DNA of 64,000 nt from the human T2T-CHM13v2.0 reference genome, Homo sapiens. Numbering within the stretch: the first letter of the stretch is position 1; each line of letters opens with the position of its first letter. Below, piece by piece: positions 13,205 to 34,031 of the stretch. The DNA lies in the NCBI RefSeq assembly GCF_009914755.1, contig NC_060947.1; one strand, written 5' to 3'. The position numbers were made by a program, and so were the translations under genes. Below the pieces are notes generated by a model. The model was not told the DNA's origin, ran no database searches, and saw nothing but the letters and a program-made list of their open reading frames with translations.

Positions 13205-13310
13205 ACAGTGGGCCTCCACCTTGGTTGCATATTGGAATTACCAGAGGCTTAAAAATTACTGATGTCTGAGTTTCATCTCTGGATATCCTAACAGACTTTG
13301 TCTGGTAATC
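13205..13310 (+). mobile_element. MER5A-like hAT-Charlie fragment
   Basis: ccttggttgcatattggaattaccagaggcttaaaaattactgatgtctg resembles MER5A. Confidence 0.55.
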
Positions 13311-13589
13311 AGAAGAAAAGAAAACAGTTGATTCTAATGTATACACAAGATGGACAACCACTAATCTAGAGAGATTCAGAGTGGGGGACTTTGATGAAGT
13401 CTGCCAACAAAAGGGGCTAAGATAAGGGGTGCATTTTAAGGTGCTGAAATAAAGTGGCTGGCGAGATTGGAGAGGACATTGAATCAGCTGAGCTTGGTGA
13501 TGATGGGGGTCAGGGCAGGGAGTCCAGCGTAGCTTCCAGGGTCCTGGCTTAGACAGCAGGAAGGATGAGGCAGGGAAGACTGGAGATAG

Positions 13590-13815
13590 GAAAAGTACTT
13601 GCAAGGGGAGACATATTACACTTGAGATGCCTGTTAGAGTTCCATATAAAGATGGTGAGTATGGAGTTGGACACAGTAGTCTGGAGCCTGGGGAAAGAGC
13701 CACTGCGCAGGTAAATTTGCATATCATTTAAAGGCTGAGGGATTGGTGAAACCACCCTAGGGAGGAAGTATAGAAAAGAAGAAAGCTCAGAAACAAACCT
13801 TTTGAGTACTCCAAT
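13590..13815 (-). mobile_element. L2 fragment
   Basis: ttgagatgcctgttagag...ggagttgga...tctggagcctgggg is typical of antisense L2. Confidence 0.6.
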
Positions 13816-14261
13816 ACTGGCTTGGGAAACTAAAACACAAAGTGATTTTTAAAAGCAGCCAATATCTATTAGACAATTTGGGCCAAGCACTGTTCTAAAG
13901 GTTTTACTTGCTTTAACGCATTTAATCCTCTCAACAGGTCTATGAGTCAGGTCATAACTAACTCTAAAAGTTAATTTTAGAGAGAGAAAGTTCTCCACTG
14001 AGAACTTTCAAGTTCAGTCCCTATTCCTTTCCCTTTGCCCCATATCTGAGCAAGATAGGTGCTTTGTCCCTTGGTACCAGTAGAAATTGCAAACCATTAA
14101 AAGACCAACCCCATGCGTAAACCTTCACCCCAGCTCCACCCTTAACCACAATAAAAACCCAAAGCCACCCACCACTACTTCACTCCTAATTCACTCCAGA
14201 CAGAGCCTAAGGCTTTCTCTTTGGGGAATACTTTTGCTGTTTACTATGTGAGTAATAAACC

Positions 14262-14770
14262 GTATGCTTTTCCTATGGCTGCTGTAAATTACCACAAAAT
14301 TAGTGTCTTAAAACAACAAAAAAAATTATTTTCTCACACTTCTAGAAGGCAGGAGTCCAAAATCAGTTTCACTTGTCTGAAATCAAGGTGTTGACAGGAC
14401 TATACTCCATGCAGAGGCTCTATGGGAGGACCTGTTCTTTGCCACTTCAAGCCTCTGATGGCTGCTTGTATCCCTTGGCTTGTGACTGCATCACTCTAAT
14501 CCTCAAAACCAGCATCTTCAAGTCTCTATCTGCTCGTCTTTATATTGGTGTCTCTTCCGTGTGTTTGTAAAATCTTTCTGTGCCTCCTTCTTATAAGGAT
14601 ACAAGTCATTGCATTTCTGTATCACTCAGATAATCCAGGATAATCTCCCTATCTCAAGATCCTTAATCGCAGAAAAATCCACAAAGACTCTATTTTCAAA
14701 TATGTTGACGTTTTCAGTTTCCAGGGATTAGAATCTGATGTATTCTGGGGCTCTATTTCAGCCTACTGCA
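14262..14770 (-). mobile_element. MLT1B/C-type MaLR solo LTR, apparently inside an older ERVL-like LTR (~13960-14875)
   Basis: ttcctatggctgctgtaaattaccacaaa...ggagtccaaaatcag...ttcagcctac; both flanks are LTR-like (gtgagtaataaac). Confidence 0.75.
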
Positions 14771-16249
14771 GCATCTATTGGTGCCTATGTGTCATTTGTG
14801 CCAACATCCATAAACCTTTGGGGTGAACATTACATAGTGTCCAGCAGGGGATCCTAAACCCTCAAACAAAACAATAATAGTAGCAGTTCGCAGGTGATTG
14901 AACTGAAGGAACACTGGAGGTTGGGGAATTGGAGAAAGATGTGTTTGGTTTTGTTTTCTTTCAACAGGACTACTCCCTCATTTCCTAGAAAACTCTTGAG
15001 TCCTTAACAGCAAGGCCACAAGGAGTGAAAAGGCTATCTGGGGTACAATACGCTGGCTTGGAAGTGTCGAGGGGAACAAAATAAAGAGATGTCTAGACTC
15101 AAAGGAGCACACCAGTTCATAATTATAGAATTAGCTGATTGCACTGTGACCGGAGAAAATACTCTGAATGCATTCAGGGAACTAGCAACGGTCTACAAAG
15201 CTGGAGTGGATTTTCAGGTCTATTTGTACGGAATTAAAGCTACAGTTGTTCTATATCATCTTACTTTTAAGAAGCAGCAGATATTCAATTTACATCAGTA
15301 GTTACCTTGACAGTAGTTACTTTTGAGTTCTGTTTTTCCTGATTATTAGGCTTCCTCTGGCATTTTGTTCTTTATAATTCTTTATCAGCACCTCCTGCAG
15401 TTTCCTGTGACAGTTTATCTAGTGCATATGATTAGTTGTATCCTTCAACAGTTTTCAATGAGTTTAGATTAAGTTCACTTTCCCCACGAAGTCAGAATAC
15501 TGGGTCCACACTGCCACTAACTTACTATGTGACATAGAATAATCCCTTCTTCTATTCAGGTTTCAAGTTTTGCATCTGAACGGCAAGGGAAGTGTACGGC
15601 CCTGTTTGAAAGTGTACTGTCCTTCATGGCTGCTGAAGCATCCTGGGGTGACCCAGAGAGAGATAATTATAAACAAGCGTCATGATGCAAACGGAAACTT
15701 AAGCATGCCTCTTAAACCACAGTACTGCTGACCAACATAGGAGGCTGGTGCCCTGCAAGGTCTCAAGGTGATCCTAAATTCTACTACATGGCATTAGGCA
15801 TAGAAAGGCAATCATTCTTGGAAGGACTGTAACAGATCTCATTCTCGGCAATTACTGTAGGTGGGAATGAGAAAATTCTTTTATGTTGAACAAAAGCCTT
15901 TAGGTCTTTTCCAAGCAGTGGAAAACTGCCTAGATGGACACACCAAACCACCCTGATGGAAGAATTTAGAATGTCTAATTTAAAAAACAGGCACATGGCA
16001 ATGCAATGAAGGCCTCTGCCTCTTTTCCATTTCTTTTCCTCTACCCTGCTTGCTCCACTGTGTTTAAACAATGTTCTCTGGAAATTTGAAAGCTTCACTG
16101 TAATCATTTTTATTAGGTTTAAGCAAGTATTAAATTAATTAGCAAAATACAGCAGTCAAATAACCAGCTTAATGTGCTCATGGGGTATACAGCCTTTAAA
16201 GAGTCTCTTTATTCCACTTGAATTAAGCCACCTCCCTCTAGCATAGGAC

Positions 16250-16560
16250 AGTAAGGAGAGCATGGGTTTTGAGCCTGATAATGCTGGGCTGGAATCTCAG
16301 CTCTATTGCTTTCTATGTGACCTTGGGCAAGTTGCTTAACCTTTCTGGGCCTCCATTTTCTCATTTATAAAATCAGCTACTCACTATGTTAAGTGGTTTA
16401 CATGAATTGTATCATTTAATCTCACAGTAACTTCTGAGTTGAGTGTCATCTGCTTTTTGCAACAATTAAGTGAGATCACTCAGGTGAGCATATACTCAGG
16501 TGAGATACTCAGCTGAGTACATAGTAGGTATTCAAGAAAATTGTAGCCAGTTGTTACTAT
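16250..16560. mobile_element. MIR fragment(s)
   Basis: tgtgaccttgggcaagttgcttaacctttctgggcctccattttctcatttataaaat MIR core. Confidence 0.7.
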
Positions 16561-17569
16561 ATGCTCAGCTTTATGCTGTGGAAAAAAACCATGAAGTATT
16601 TACTCATCAAGTATAAATTGAACACATCATATGTGCTTATTTAAAAAGCAGAGAAGCAATGTCCAAAGGAAGACCATGACTCAGTTTCTGAATCTTGACT
16701 GGTTCTCTTTTTGGAAGGGTTTGAATGAGGTTGGGTTAAACACCCCTGCTGGACAGATGAGCCCCAAGAGTCACAGGGCTAAATATAAACCAAATGAAAG
16801 GCAGACAAGACTTGAGACATTCAAGTAGTCTCTGCAAGAGAAGACAGGGGCTTGCATTCCTCTCCCACAAAATCTTTACAGCATGATCTCCCCTCAAGTT
16901 GGCCTCGATTCATTGACCACATCCCTCCCCTCTCACTGTCTGTCTCAAATGCTCCTTGCAGAGCTTGCCAACCTCCTACTCTTTGATCTTCCTGGCCTTC
17001 TTCAGGTTATTCCCCAGTTCTAACAGAAGACATACATTTACATTGAAATTCAACTCATCCTACAAGTTTGAATGGCACCCTCCTGAGGATGGTATCAAGA
17101 TTGAAGGTTGAGGCTTTATATGGCATATGGTGAAAATAATTGCTCTTTAATATAATGAGAACTGATTGGAGTAGTTTGATCCCTATTAAAAGCATCACAA
17201 ATGTATGGTTAATTTTCTAAATAAAAGCAAGAGTGATACGTATGTAGTATGCATAAACCAATTATAAACACAAAGCAATTAATAAAATGTTAGCACTCCC
17301 CATCAGATGTCAGCTTATTGCCAGATACCAATAATGTGTAACCTTAGGTATCTATATAATATACATACTGTGCTGCATAGATTAACATACAAATACTTTT
17401 TAATTACATGATTACATGTGACTTATAGATTTATATATGAAGAAAACACAGTTAACCAATGAAAAAACTATAAAGATGGCTGAGGCACTAAATAGCCTAA
17501 ATAATAAAGGAATGTCAGAGGCTAAAATATGGTACCAATAGCATCAGTAATTTAAAATGAGAAATGCAG

Positions 17570-18468
17570 GACTGCAGGCAAGATGGCCGAATAGGAACAG
17601 CTCCGGTCTACAGCTCCCAGCGTGAGCGATGCAGAAGAGGGTGATTTCTGCATTTCCATCTGAGGTACTGGGTTCATCTCACTAGGGAGTGCCAGACAGT
17701 GGGTGCAGGTCAGTGGGTGCGTGCACCGTGTGTGAGCCGAAGCAGGGTGAGGCATTGCCTCACTTGGGAAGCACAAGGGGTCAGGGAGTTCCCTTTCCGA
17801 GTCAAAGAAAGGGGTGACGGACGCACCTGGAAAATCGGGTCACTCCCACTTGAATACTGCGCTTTTCCGACCGGCTTAAAATATGGCGCACCACGAGATT
17901 ATATCCCGCACCTGGCTCGGAGGGTCCTACGCCCACGGAGTCTCGCTGATTGCTAGCACAGCAGTCTGAGATCAAACTGTAAGGCGGCAGCGAGGCTGGG
18001 GGAGGGGCGCCCGCCGTTGCCCAGGCTTGATTAGGTAAACAAAGCAGCCCAGAAGCTTGAACTGGGTGGAGCCCACCACAGCTCAAGGAGGCCTGCCTGC
18101 CTCTGTAGGCTCCACCTCTGGGGGCAGGGCACAAACAAAAAGACAGCAGTAACCTCTGCAGACTTAAATGTCCCTGTCTGACAGCTTTGAAGAGAGCAGT
18201 GGTTCTCCCAGCTCGCAGCTGGAGATCTGAGAACGGGCAGACTGCCTCCTCAAGTGGGTCCCTGACCCCTGACCCCCGAGCAGCCTAACTGGGAGGCACC
18301 CCCCAGCAGGGGCACACTGACACCTCACACGGCAGGGTATTCCAACAGACCTACAGCTGAGGGTCCTGTCTGTTAGAAGGAAAACTAACAAACAGAAAGG
18401 ACATCCACACCAAAAACCCATCTGTACATCACCATCATCAAAGACCAAAAGTAGATAAAACCACAAAG
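17570..18468. promoter_or_regulatory. L1 5' UTR with internal sense and antisense promoter regions
   Basis: YY1 site CAAGATGGC at ~17579-17587; partly retained CpGs; the promoter roles are established for L1PA 5' UTRs, activity here unknown. Confidence 0.7.
17802..18017 (-). pseudogene. L1 ORF0 reading frame, open but with ATG>ACG start
   Basis: Translates as (T)AGAPPPASLPPYSLISDCCASNQRDSVGVGPSEPG...VTRFSRCVRHPFL*, 71 codons; + strand has CGT at 18015-18017 in place of CAT. Confidence 0.85.
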
Positions 18469-19485
18469 ATGGGGAAAAAACAGAACAGAAAAACTGGAAA
18501 CTCTAAAAAGCAGAGTGCCTCTCCTCCTCCAAAGGAACGCAGTTCCTCACCAGCAACGGAAGAAAGCTGGATGGAGAATGACTTTGACGAGCTGAGAGAA
18601 GAAGGCTTCAGATGATCAAATTACTCCGAGCTATGGGAGGACATTCAAACCAAAGGCAAAGAAGTTGAAAACTTTGAAAAAAATTTAGAAGAATGTATAA
18701 CTAGAATAACCACTACAGAGAAGTGCTTAAAGGAGCTGATGGAGCTGAAAACCAACGCTCGAGAACTATGTGAAGAATGCAGAAGCCTCAGGAGCCGATG
18801 CGATCAACTGGAAGAAAGGGTATCAGCGATGGAAGATGAAATGAATGAAATGAAGCGAGAAGGGAAGTTTAGAGAAAAAAGAATAAAAAGAAACGAGCAA
18901 AGCCTCCAAGAAATATGGGACTATGTGAAAAGACCAAATCTACGTCTGATTGGTGTACCTGAAAGTGATGGGGAGAATGGAAACAAGTTGGAAAACACTC
19001 TGCAGGATATTATCCAGGAGAACTTCCCCAATCCACCAAGGCAGGCCAATGTTCAGATTCAGGAAATACAGAGAACTCCACAAAGATACTCCTCGAGAAG
19101 AGCAACTCCATGACACATAATTGTCAGATTCACCAAAGTTGAAACAAAGGAAAAAATGTTAAGGGCAGCCAGAGAAAAAGATCGGGTTACCCTCAAAGGG
19201 AAGCTCATCAGACTAACAGCGGATCTCTCGGCAGAAACCCTACAAGCCAGAAGAGAGTGGGGGCCAATATTCAACATTCTTAAAGAAAAGAATTTTCAAC
19301 CCAGAATTTCATATCCAGCCAAACTAAGCTTCATAAGCGAAGGAGAAATAAAATACTTTACAGACAAGCAAATGCTGAGAGATTTTGTCACCACTAGGCC
19401 TGCCCTAAAAGAGCTCCTGAAGGAAGAGCTAAACATGGAAAGGAACAACCAGAACCAGCTGCTGCAAAATCATGCCAAAATGTAA
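18469..19485 (+). pseudogene. L1 ORF1p, full-length frame with two premature stops
   Basis: ATGGGGAAAAAACAG start, ...HAKM* end; TGA at 18613-18615 (codon 49) and 19111-19113 (codon 215). Confidence 0.93.
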
Positions 19486-19548
19486 AGACCATCAAGACTA
19501 GGAAGAAACTGCATCAACTAACGAGCAAAATAACCAGCTAACATCATA

Positions 19549-23362
<3,814 letters not shown>

Positions 23363-23752
23363 ACAATGAGAACACTTGGACACAGGAAGGGGAATATCAC
23401 ACTCTGGGGACTGTTGTGGGGTGGGGAGAGGGGGGAGGGATAGCATTGGGAGATATACCTAATGCTAGATGAGGAGTTAGTGGGTGCAGTGCACCAGCAT
23501 GGCACATGTATACATATGTAACTAACCTGCACAATGTGCACATGTACCCTAAAACTTAAAGTATAATAAAAAAAAAAGATTATAGAACTAAAAGCAGAAA
23601 AAAAATAATTTAAAAAAATAAAATAAAATGAGAAAAGCAGTGCATAAGACCTGACACTCAGGTTTCAGATTACCATGACTAAAAAGAAACAGGTTCCAAA
23701 TTACAAAAATAAAATAAAATAAATAATAATCTGCTTAATTTTCCTGAGCCAC

Positions 23753-24208
23753 TGTACTGGGTTGAAGAGTGTCTACCCAAAATTCATTTCTACCTGGAAG
23801 CTCAAACTGTGATCTTATTTGGAAATAGAGTCTTTGCAAATGTAACTAGTTGAGGATCATATGGTGAAATCATTTTGGATTTAGGGTGGGCCCTAAACCC
23901 GATGACTTCCTTATAAGAAGAATAGAGGACACAGAGACACACAGGGAAAAAAGCCATGTGAAGATGGAAGCAGAAATTGGAGTGATGCATCTATAAGTCA
24001 AGGAACAAGTCAAGAATCTTAAGAACCACCAGAATCTAGGAAAGAGGCATGGAACAGATTTTCCCTCTGAGCCCCCAGAAGGAACCAACCCTGCTGACAC
24101 CGTTATTTCAGACTCCTGGCTTTCTGAATTATGAGAGAATACGTTTCTATTGTTTTAGGCTACCCAATTTGTGATAATTTGTTACAGCAGCCCCAGGAAA
24201 CTAGTACA
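23753..24208 (+). mobile_element. MLT1B-type MaLR solo LTR
   Basis: TG...CA termini; cttatttggaaatagagtctttgcaaatgta; gttacagcagccccaggaaactagtaca. Confidence 0.85.
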
Positions 24209-24209
24209 A

Positions 24210-26040
24210 CCACCTTAACTTTGATATCAAAACCTGACAAAGTACCAAAAATAGAACTGAAAACCAATATAATTTGAAAATATGGATGCATAGCAGCATA
24301 AATTCTAAATAAAATACTAGCAATGCAATTACTGAAGAATAAAAAGTATTAAAAGACTAGTTCACCATGACTAGGTGGGTTTTATGTTAGGCATGCATAG
24401 GTGTTCGATTGTTAGGAAATCTATGAATAGCACTCATCACATCAGTATCAAAGGGATAAAGTCATCTTGATATATGTCAGGAGGACATTTGTTAAAATCC
24501 ACAAGTTCGTAAGAAATATTCTTAATAAAATGTGTTATAAAAACATTTCCTTAGCAAGACATATAATATGCATCTGAATGTGTATATGTTTCTGTGTATA
24601 TACACATATACTTTGCAGCTCTGCTCACTAAGAAGACCCCAGAAGCAATGGCCCTGGTAGCAACTAACACACCTAGTTCCCAGATTTTGATTTCAAAATA
24701 CCATTCTCCTTGGAGAAGTGGACTGGATCAGGGAATGGACAAGATGAGCCTGAAGCATCTCATAGTACCAGAAAGTAAAGAAATGCTCAAAGAATGAAGG
24801 GATGGGGACATGCCAAAAGGACTCAAGAGCTAACCTGAAAAGGCACCCAATGGTTACAGTTAAAACAATTTGTGCGACAAAACAAATAACATAGTATTGA
24901 ATTATAACCCAAAGTATGAAATATACATGAGTCCATACAAAACGTAATTGAAATAAATAAATGAGGGAGAAAGGAAAGCTCTTTCATTTAATAAATATAG
25001 AAGGAGTAACGGAAACAGAAAAGCACCATTTGCAAACACCACAGTGATACTTGTTTCAAGAAAAACCATCAATGGATGCTAAAATTAGTGGATAAAAGCA
25101 TGATGAAAAACAGGATGTTTACATATTCTCAAAATATCTCCCCACAGGATACTTATACTTACGAAGGGAAAATAGTACCCTGACAGTGGAGAAAGCAGGC
25201 AAACAACAATCAAAGTTGTCATCAATATTGGAACATATCGACATCTTATCTCTCCAGACAGGATGCCCTATGAAGCCTCAGACAAACTCAAGTTGAACAA
25301 CATTCTACAAAATAAATCGCTAGTTTTCTTCAAAAGTCTCAGAATCACTAAAAATAAAGACTAAAGAAGTGTCTCGGATTACAGGAGACTAAGGAGACCT
25401 GACAACTAGATGCAATGTGTGGTGATGGATTGGATCCTGGATCCCCCTCAAAAAAGATATTAGTGGGATAATTGAAGTCTGTATAATGTCTGTAGATTTA
25501 TTAATAGTACAGATGGTCCTTGACTTAACAAAGGTTCAACTTATAATTTATTTTACTTTACATATGGTGTGAAAGTGATGATATACATTAAATAAAAACT
25601 GGTATGAAAGTGACAATATGCATTAAATAGAAAGTGTACTTGGAACATTGAGTTTTGGTCTTTTCCTAGGCTAGTGATATGTAGTGCAATGCTCTGAGGA
25701 TGCTGGGCAGCAGCCGTGAGCTGCAGCTTCCAGCCAGCCACGTGATCACGAAGGTAAACAACCCATATTCTACAGTGTATTAAATGCATTTTGTACATAT
25801 ATTTTCAATGTATGATGGGTTTATCAGGAGGTAACCCCATTGAAAGTTGAGGAGCATCTGTATTGCATCAATGATAATAAGCTGGTTTTGATAATTTTAC
25901 TATGGTTATATAAGATGTTAATATTTGAGGGAACTGGATGAAGGGCGTATGAGAATGCTATGCATTCTTTTTTGAATTTTTGTAAATCTGAAATTATTTT
26001 AAAATCAAAAGTTAAATAAATATTTAAAAATGAAAAATAA
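24210..26040 (+). mobile_element. Old L1MC-like ORF2 and 3' UTR relic
   Basis: gatgagcctgaagcatct...gtaccagaaagtaaagaaatgctcaaag and acaactagatgcaatgtgtg are L1MC-type 3' motifs. Confidence 0.7.
25510..25860 (-). mobile_element. MER47-family (TcMar-Tigger) non-autonomous DNA transposon
   Basis: TIRs CAGATGGTCCTTGACTT / AAGTTGAGGAGCATCTG with TA on each side; internal ~35-bp tandem duplication 25565-25634. Confidence 0.85.
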
Positions 26041-26517
26041 TGTAAAAATAAATTATAGTGCACCTTATACAATGCAATTTTATGCAAATATTAAAATTAG
26101 GATTTTCTCAAAATAGTAGAGTGCCAATGAGGAAATTCTCACACTATATTAAATTATCATACTATATTTAAATTATATTAAATCCTACATATATTACATT
26201 ATATATGTGCATTGTGTGAATTTTATGTTCTATATAATCCCAAATTTATAGAATATATTTATAAACATGCATATAGCAAATCAAGAAGAAGAAATTAGGT
26301 AATATTGGAAATTAGAAGACAAAATCATCTTTGCAGATGCTGTCGCACTCTACTTAAGACATGTAAGAGAATCAACTATAAGAACTACTAAGACAATTCA
26401 GTAGGTGGTTACAAAATAAATGTATAGGATTTACAGTACTCTATATGCCCACAATAACATGTTAGAAAATACAATTTTAAAAGGAGATCCCATTTAGAAA
26501 CAAAACCTATAGAACAC

Positions 26518-26594
26518 TAGAAATAATACTTCCATTTTATTTATTTATTTATTTTATTCATTTTATTTATTTTAGAAATAATACTTCCATTTTA
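26518..26594 (-). mobile_element. Poly(A)-only retrotransposition remnant with 22-bp direct repeats
   Basis: TAGAAATAATACTTCCATTTTA at 26518-26539 and 26573-26594 flanks a (TTTA)n tract. Confidence 0.75.
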
Positions 26595-27171
26595 GCAAGA
26601 GGGATTTGAAATCCAAGTTAGTAAGGAGCTTGTATGGAGCTGGTACAATTGGTTAAATATGGGGAAAAATGAAGTGAATAGGTTTATTGCAATGCATGTC
26701 ATTATAAATAATCTATGAATTAAATAGTTAAATGTGAAATATTTCAATACTGGAGGCAAATAAGCTAGAAATAAAATAGGTGAATTTTTAATCTCAGAGG
26801 AAGGAATAATTCTTTGAGCATAAATAAGAAGTTACAAAGGAAAAGACTATATCAAAAATTTTCAATTTATTTCAACAAGACCATAAATAAGAATAAAACA
26901 TAAATGACAAATTTGAAAAAAAATATGGTTGTAATATCTGTGATAAGCAAGAATCAATACCTTAATGTATAAAAAGAGGTCTTAAAAATAAGCGGAAGGA
27001 AAGATCCCAACAGACCAAAAAATGGTACATAAAATTTTATTTTATTTCTCTAAAACTGGCAAAAAGGAAGTATAGTATGTGAAGAGAGTTTGGTGATGAT
27101 ACAGAGAGATAAGGCCATTTGCATAATATGTCATGGATGATGATATAAATTAATACAATTTCTCTGAAGTG

Positions 27172-27291
27172 CCTACAGTGTTACTGTAGCACTGTGGCAT
27201 AGTTTGAAGTTGGGTAGCATGATGCCTCCAGCTTTGTTCTTTTGTTTAGGATTGTCTTGGCTATTCAGGCTCTTTTTTGGTTCCATATGAA
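27172..27291 (-). mobile_element. Isolated internal L1 ORF2 fragment (~115 bp)
   Basis: Same L1 segment as 29265-29378 (ttactgtagc...tgatgcctccagctttgttcttt...ttggttcca); flanked by TGAAGTG repeats. Confidence 0.8.
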
Positions 27292-27871
27292 GTGAAATTT
27301 GGCAATATAACAAGAGCCTTAAAGAACTGCATTCACTGTGATCCAATAATTTCCAATTATCCTAAGCATATATCAGAACAGTTCCCAGAAATAAGGATAA
27401 CACACCCTACTATTTATAAGAGCAAAATATTGAAGATAGTATAAATATCCAAAAGTAAGGAAATGGTTAAATAAACTCTGATCTATTTATAAGACAGCAT
27501 ACAGCCATGAAAAATTATGTCAGAATTAGTAATAAATGTACTTAGGAAATATAGTAAAATACAATATAATGTAAAGTAATAAAAATCATGCTGTAAAATA
27601 GTAATAAAGTATGATCTCAACTTTTTAAAAATATATATTTACAATATATAAATACCCCTAACATTTGGCCTACTTTGAATGTAACAAGAAAGTCTATTTT
27701 GAATATACTGGGAACCTGCTAAGAAGAAAAGAAATGTAAATATAATTTAAATTGAAATGCTGTGATATTTTAACAAAAGAAAATTCAATTATATGACTTG
27801 GAATCATGTTCGTGTGCATGTGTGCGTGTGTGTCTGTGTGTGTATGGTTAATTCATTTATTCAATAAATAT

Positions 27872-33176
<5,305 letters not shown>

Positions 33177-33247
33177 CATCTATTTAATAAATATTTATCA
33201 GATGCCTATTGTGTGGTAAGCACTCTGATAGGCTCTAGAGATACATG

Positions 33248-33366
33248 TTATCTCAGTCTGTTTGTGCTGCTATAACAGAGCACCACAGACAGTAATTTAT
33301 AAAGAACAGGAATTTTATTTTCTCACAGGCCAGGAAGTCCAAGATCAAGGTGCCAGCATCTGGCAC
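33248..33366 (-). mobile_element. MST/MLT1A-type MaLR LTR fragment
   Basis: cagtctgtttgtgctgctataacagagcaccacagac...aagtccaagatcaaggtgccagcatctgg. Confidence 0.7.
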
Positions 33367-33687
33367 AAGAACACAAAATTCTCTTCATGGTATTTACATT
33401 CCGGTGCAGCAGATATATTAAACATATAAATACAAAAATAAATACTGTTTAAAATTACAGACTTAAGTACTTTGAAGAAATATTACAGGTTTACTACTAC
33501 AGTACAAAATGGGCTACTGATTTGTTGGGAGGGTGAGAGTGATAGGCAGAACATACAGAAAGTATTAAAAGTTATTTTCCAAAATTGTAAAAGTGGTTGT
33601 TATTTTAATATAATCATTAATGATTATTAGCAATTCTTCCTTTTTATCATTTTTGCTATATTTTCCAAAATTTTAGCAATTAACATA

Positions 33688-34031
33688 TGCTATGGTTTAA
33701 ATGTGTCCCCCAAAATTTATGTGTTAGAAACTTAGCCCTCAATCCAACAGTGTCAGAAGATAGGACCTAATGGAAGATATTTAAGTCATGAGGGCTCTGC
33801 CCTCAGGAATAGATCAATGCCATTATTAAAGAGAAAGTTTGGCTCCCTTTGGCCTCTTTGCCCTTCCACCACGTGAGTACACAGTGTTATGGAGCATACA
33901 GCAGGGAGACCCTCAAAAGATGCCAGTACCTTGATCTTGGACTTTCTAGCCTCCAGAACTCTGAGAAAATACGTTTCTATTCTTTATAAATTATGCAGTC
34001 TGTGGTACTCTGGCACAAACAGATTAATACA
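33688..34031 (+). mobile_element. MST-type MaLR solo LTR
   Basis: tgctatggtttaaatgtgtcccccaaa...gatcttggactttctagcctccagaac...taataca; flanks acata/acatg. Confidence 0.85.

Noticed and set aside
13155-13727. 190-aa minus-strand ORF
   Set aside because: Spans MER5 and L2 relics; no recognisable domain
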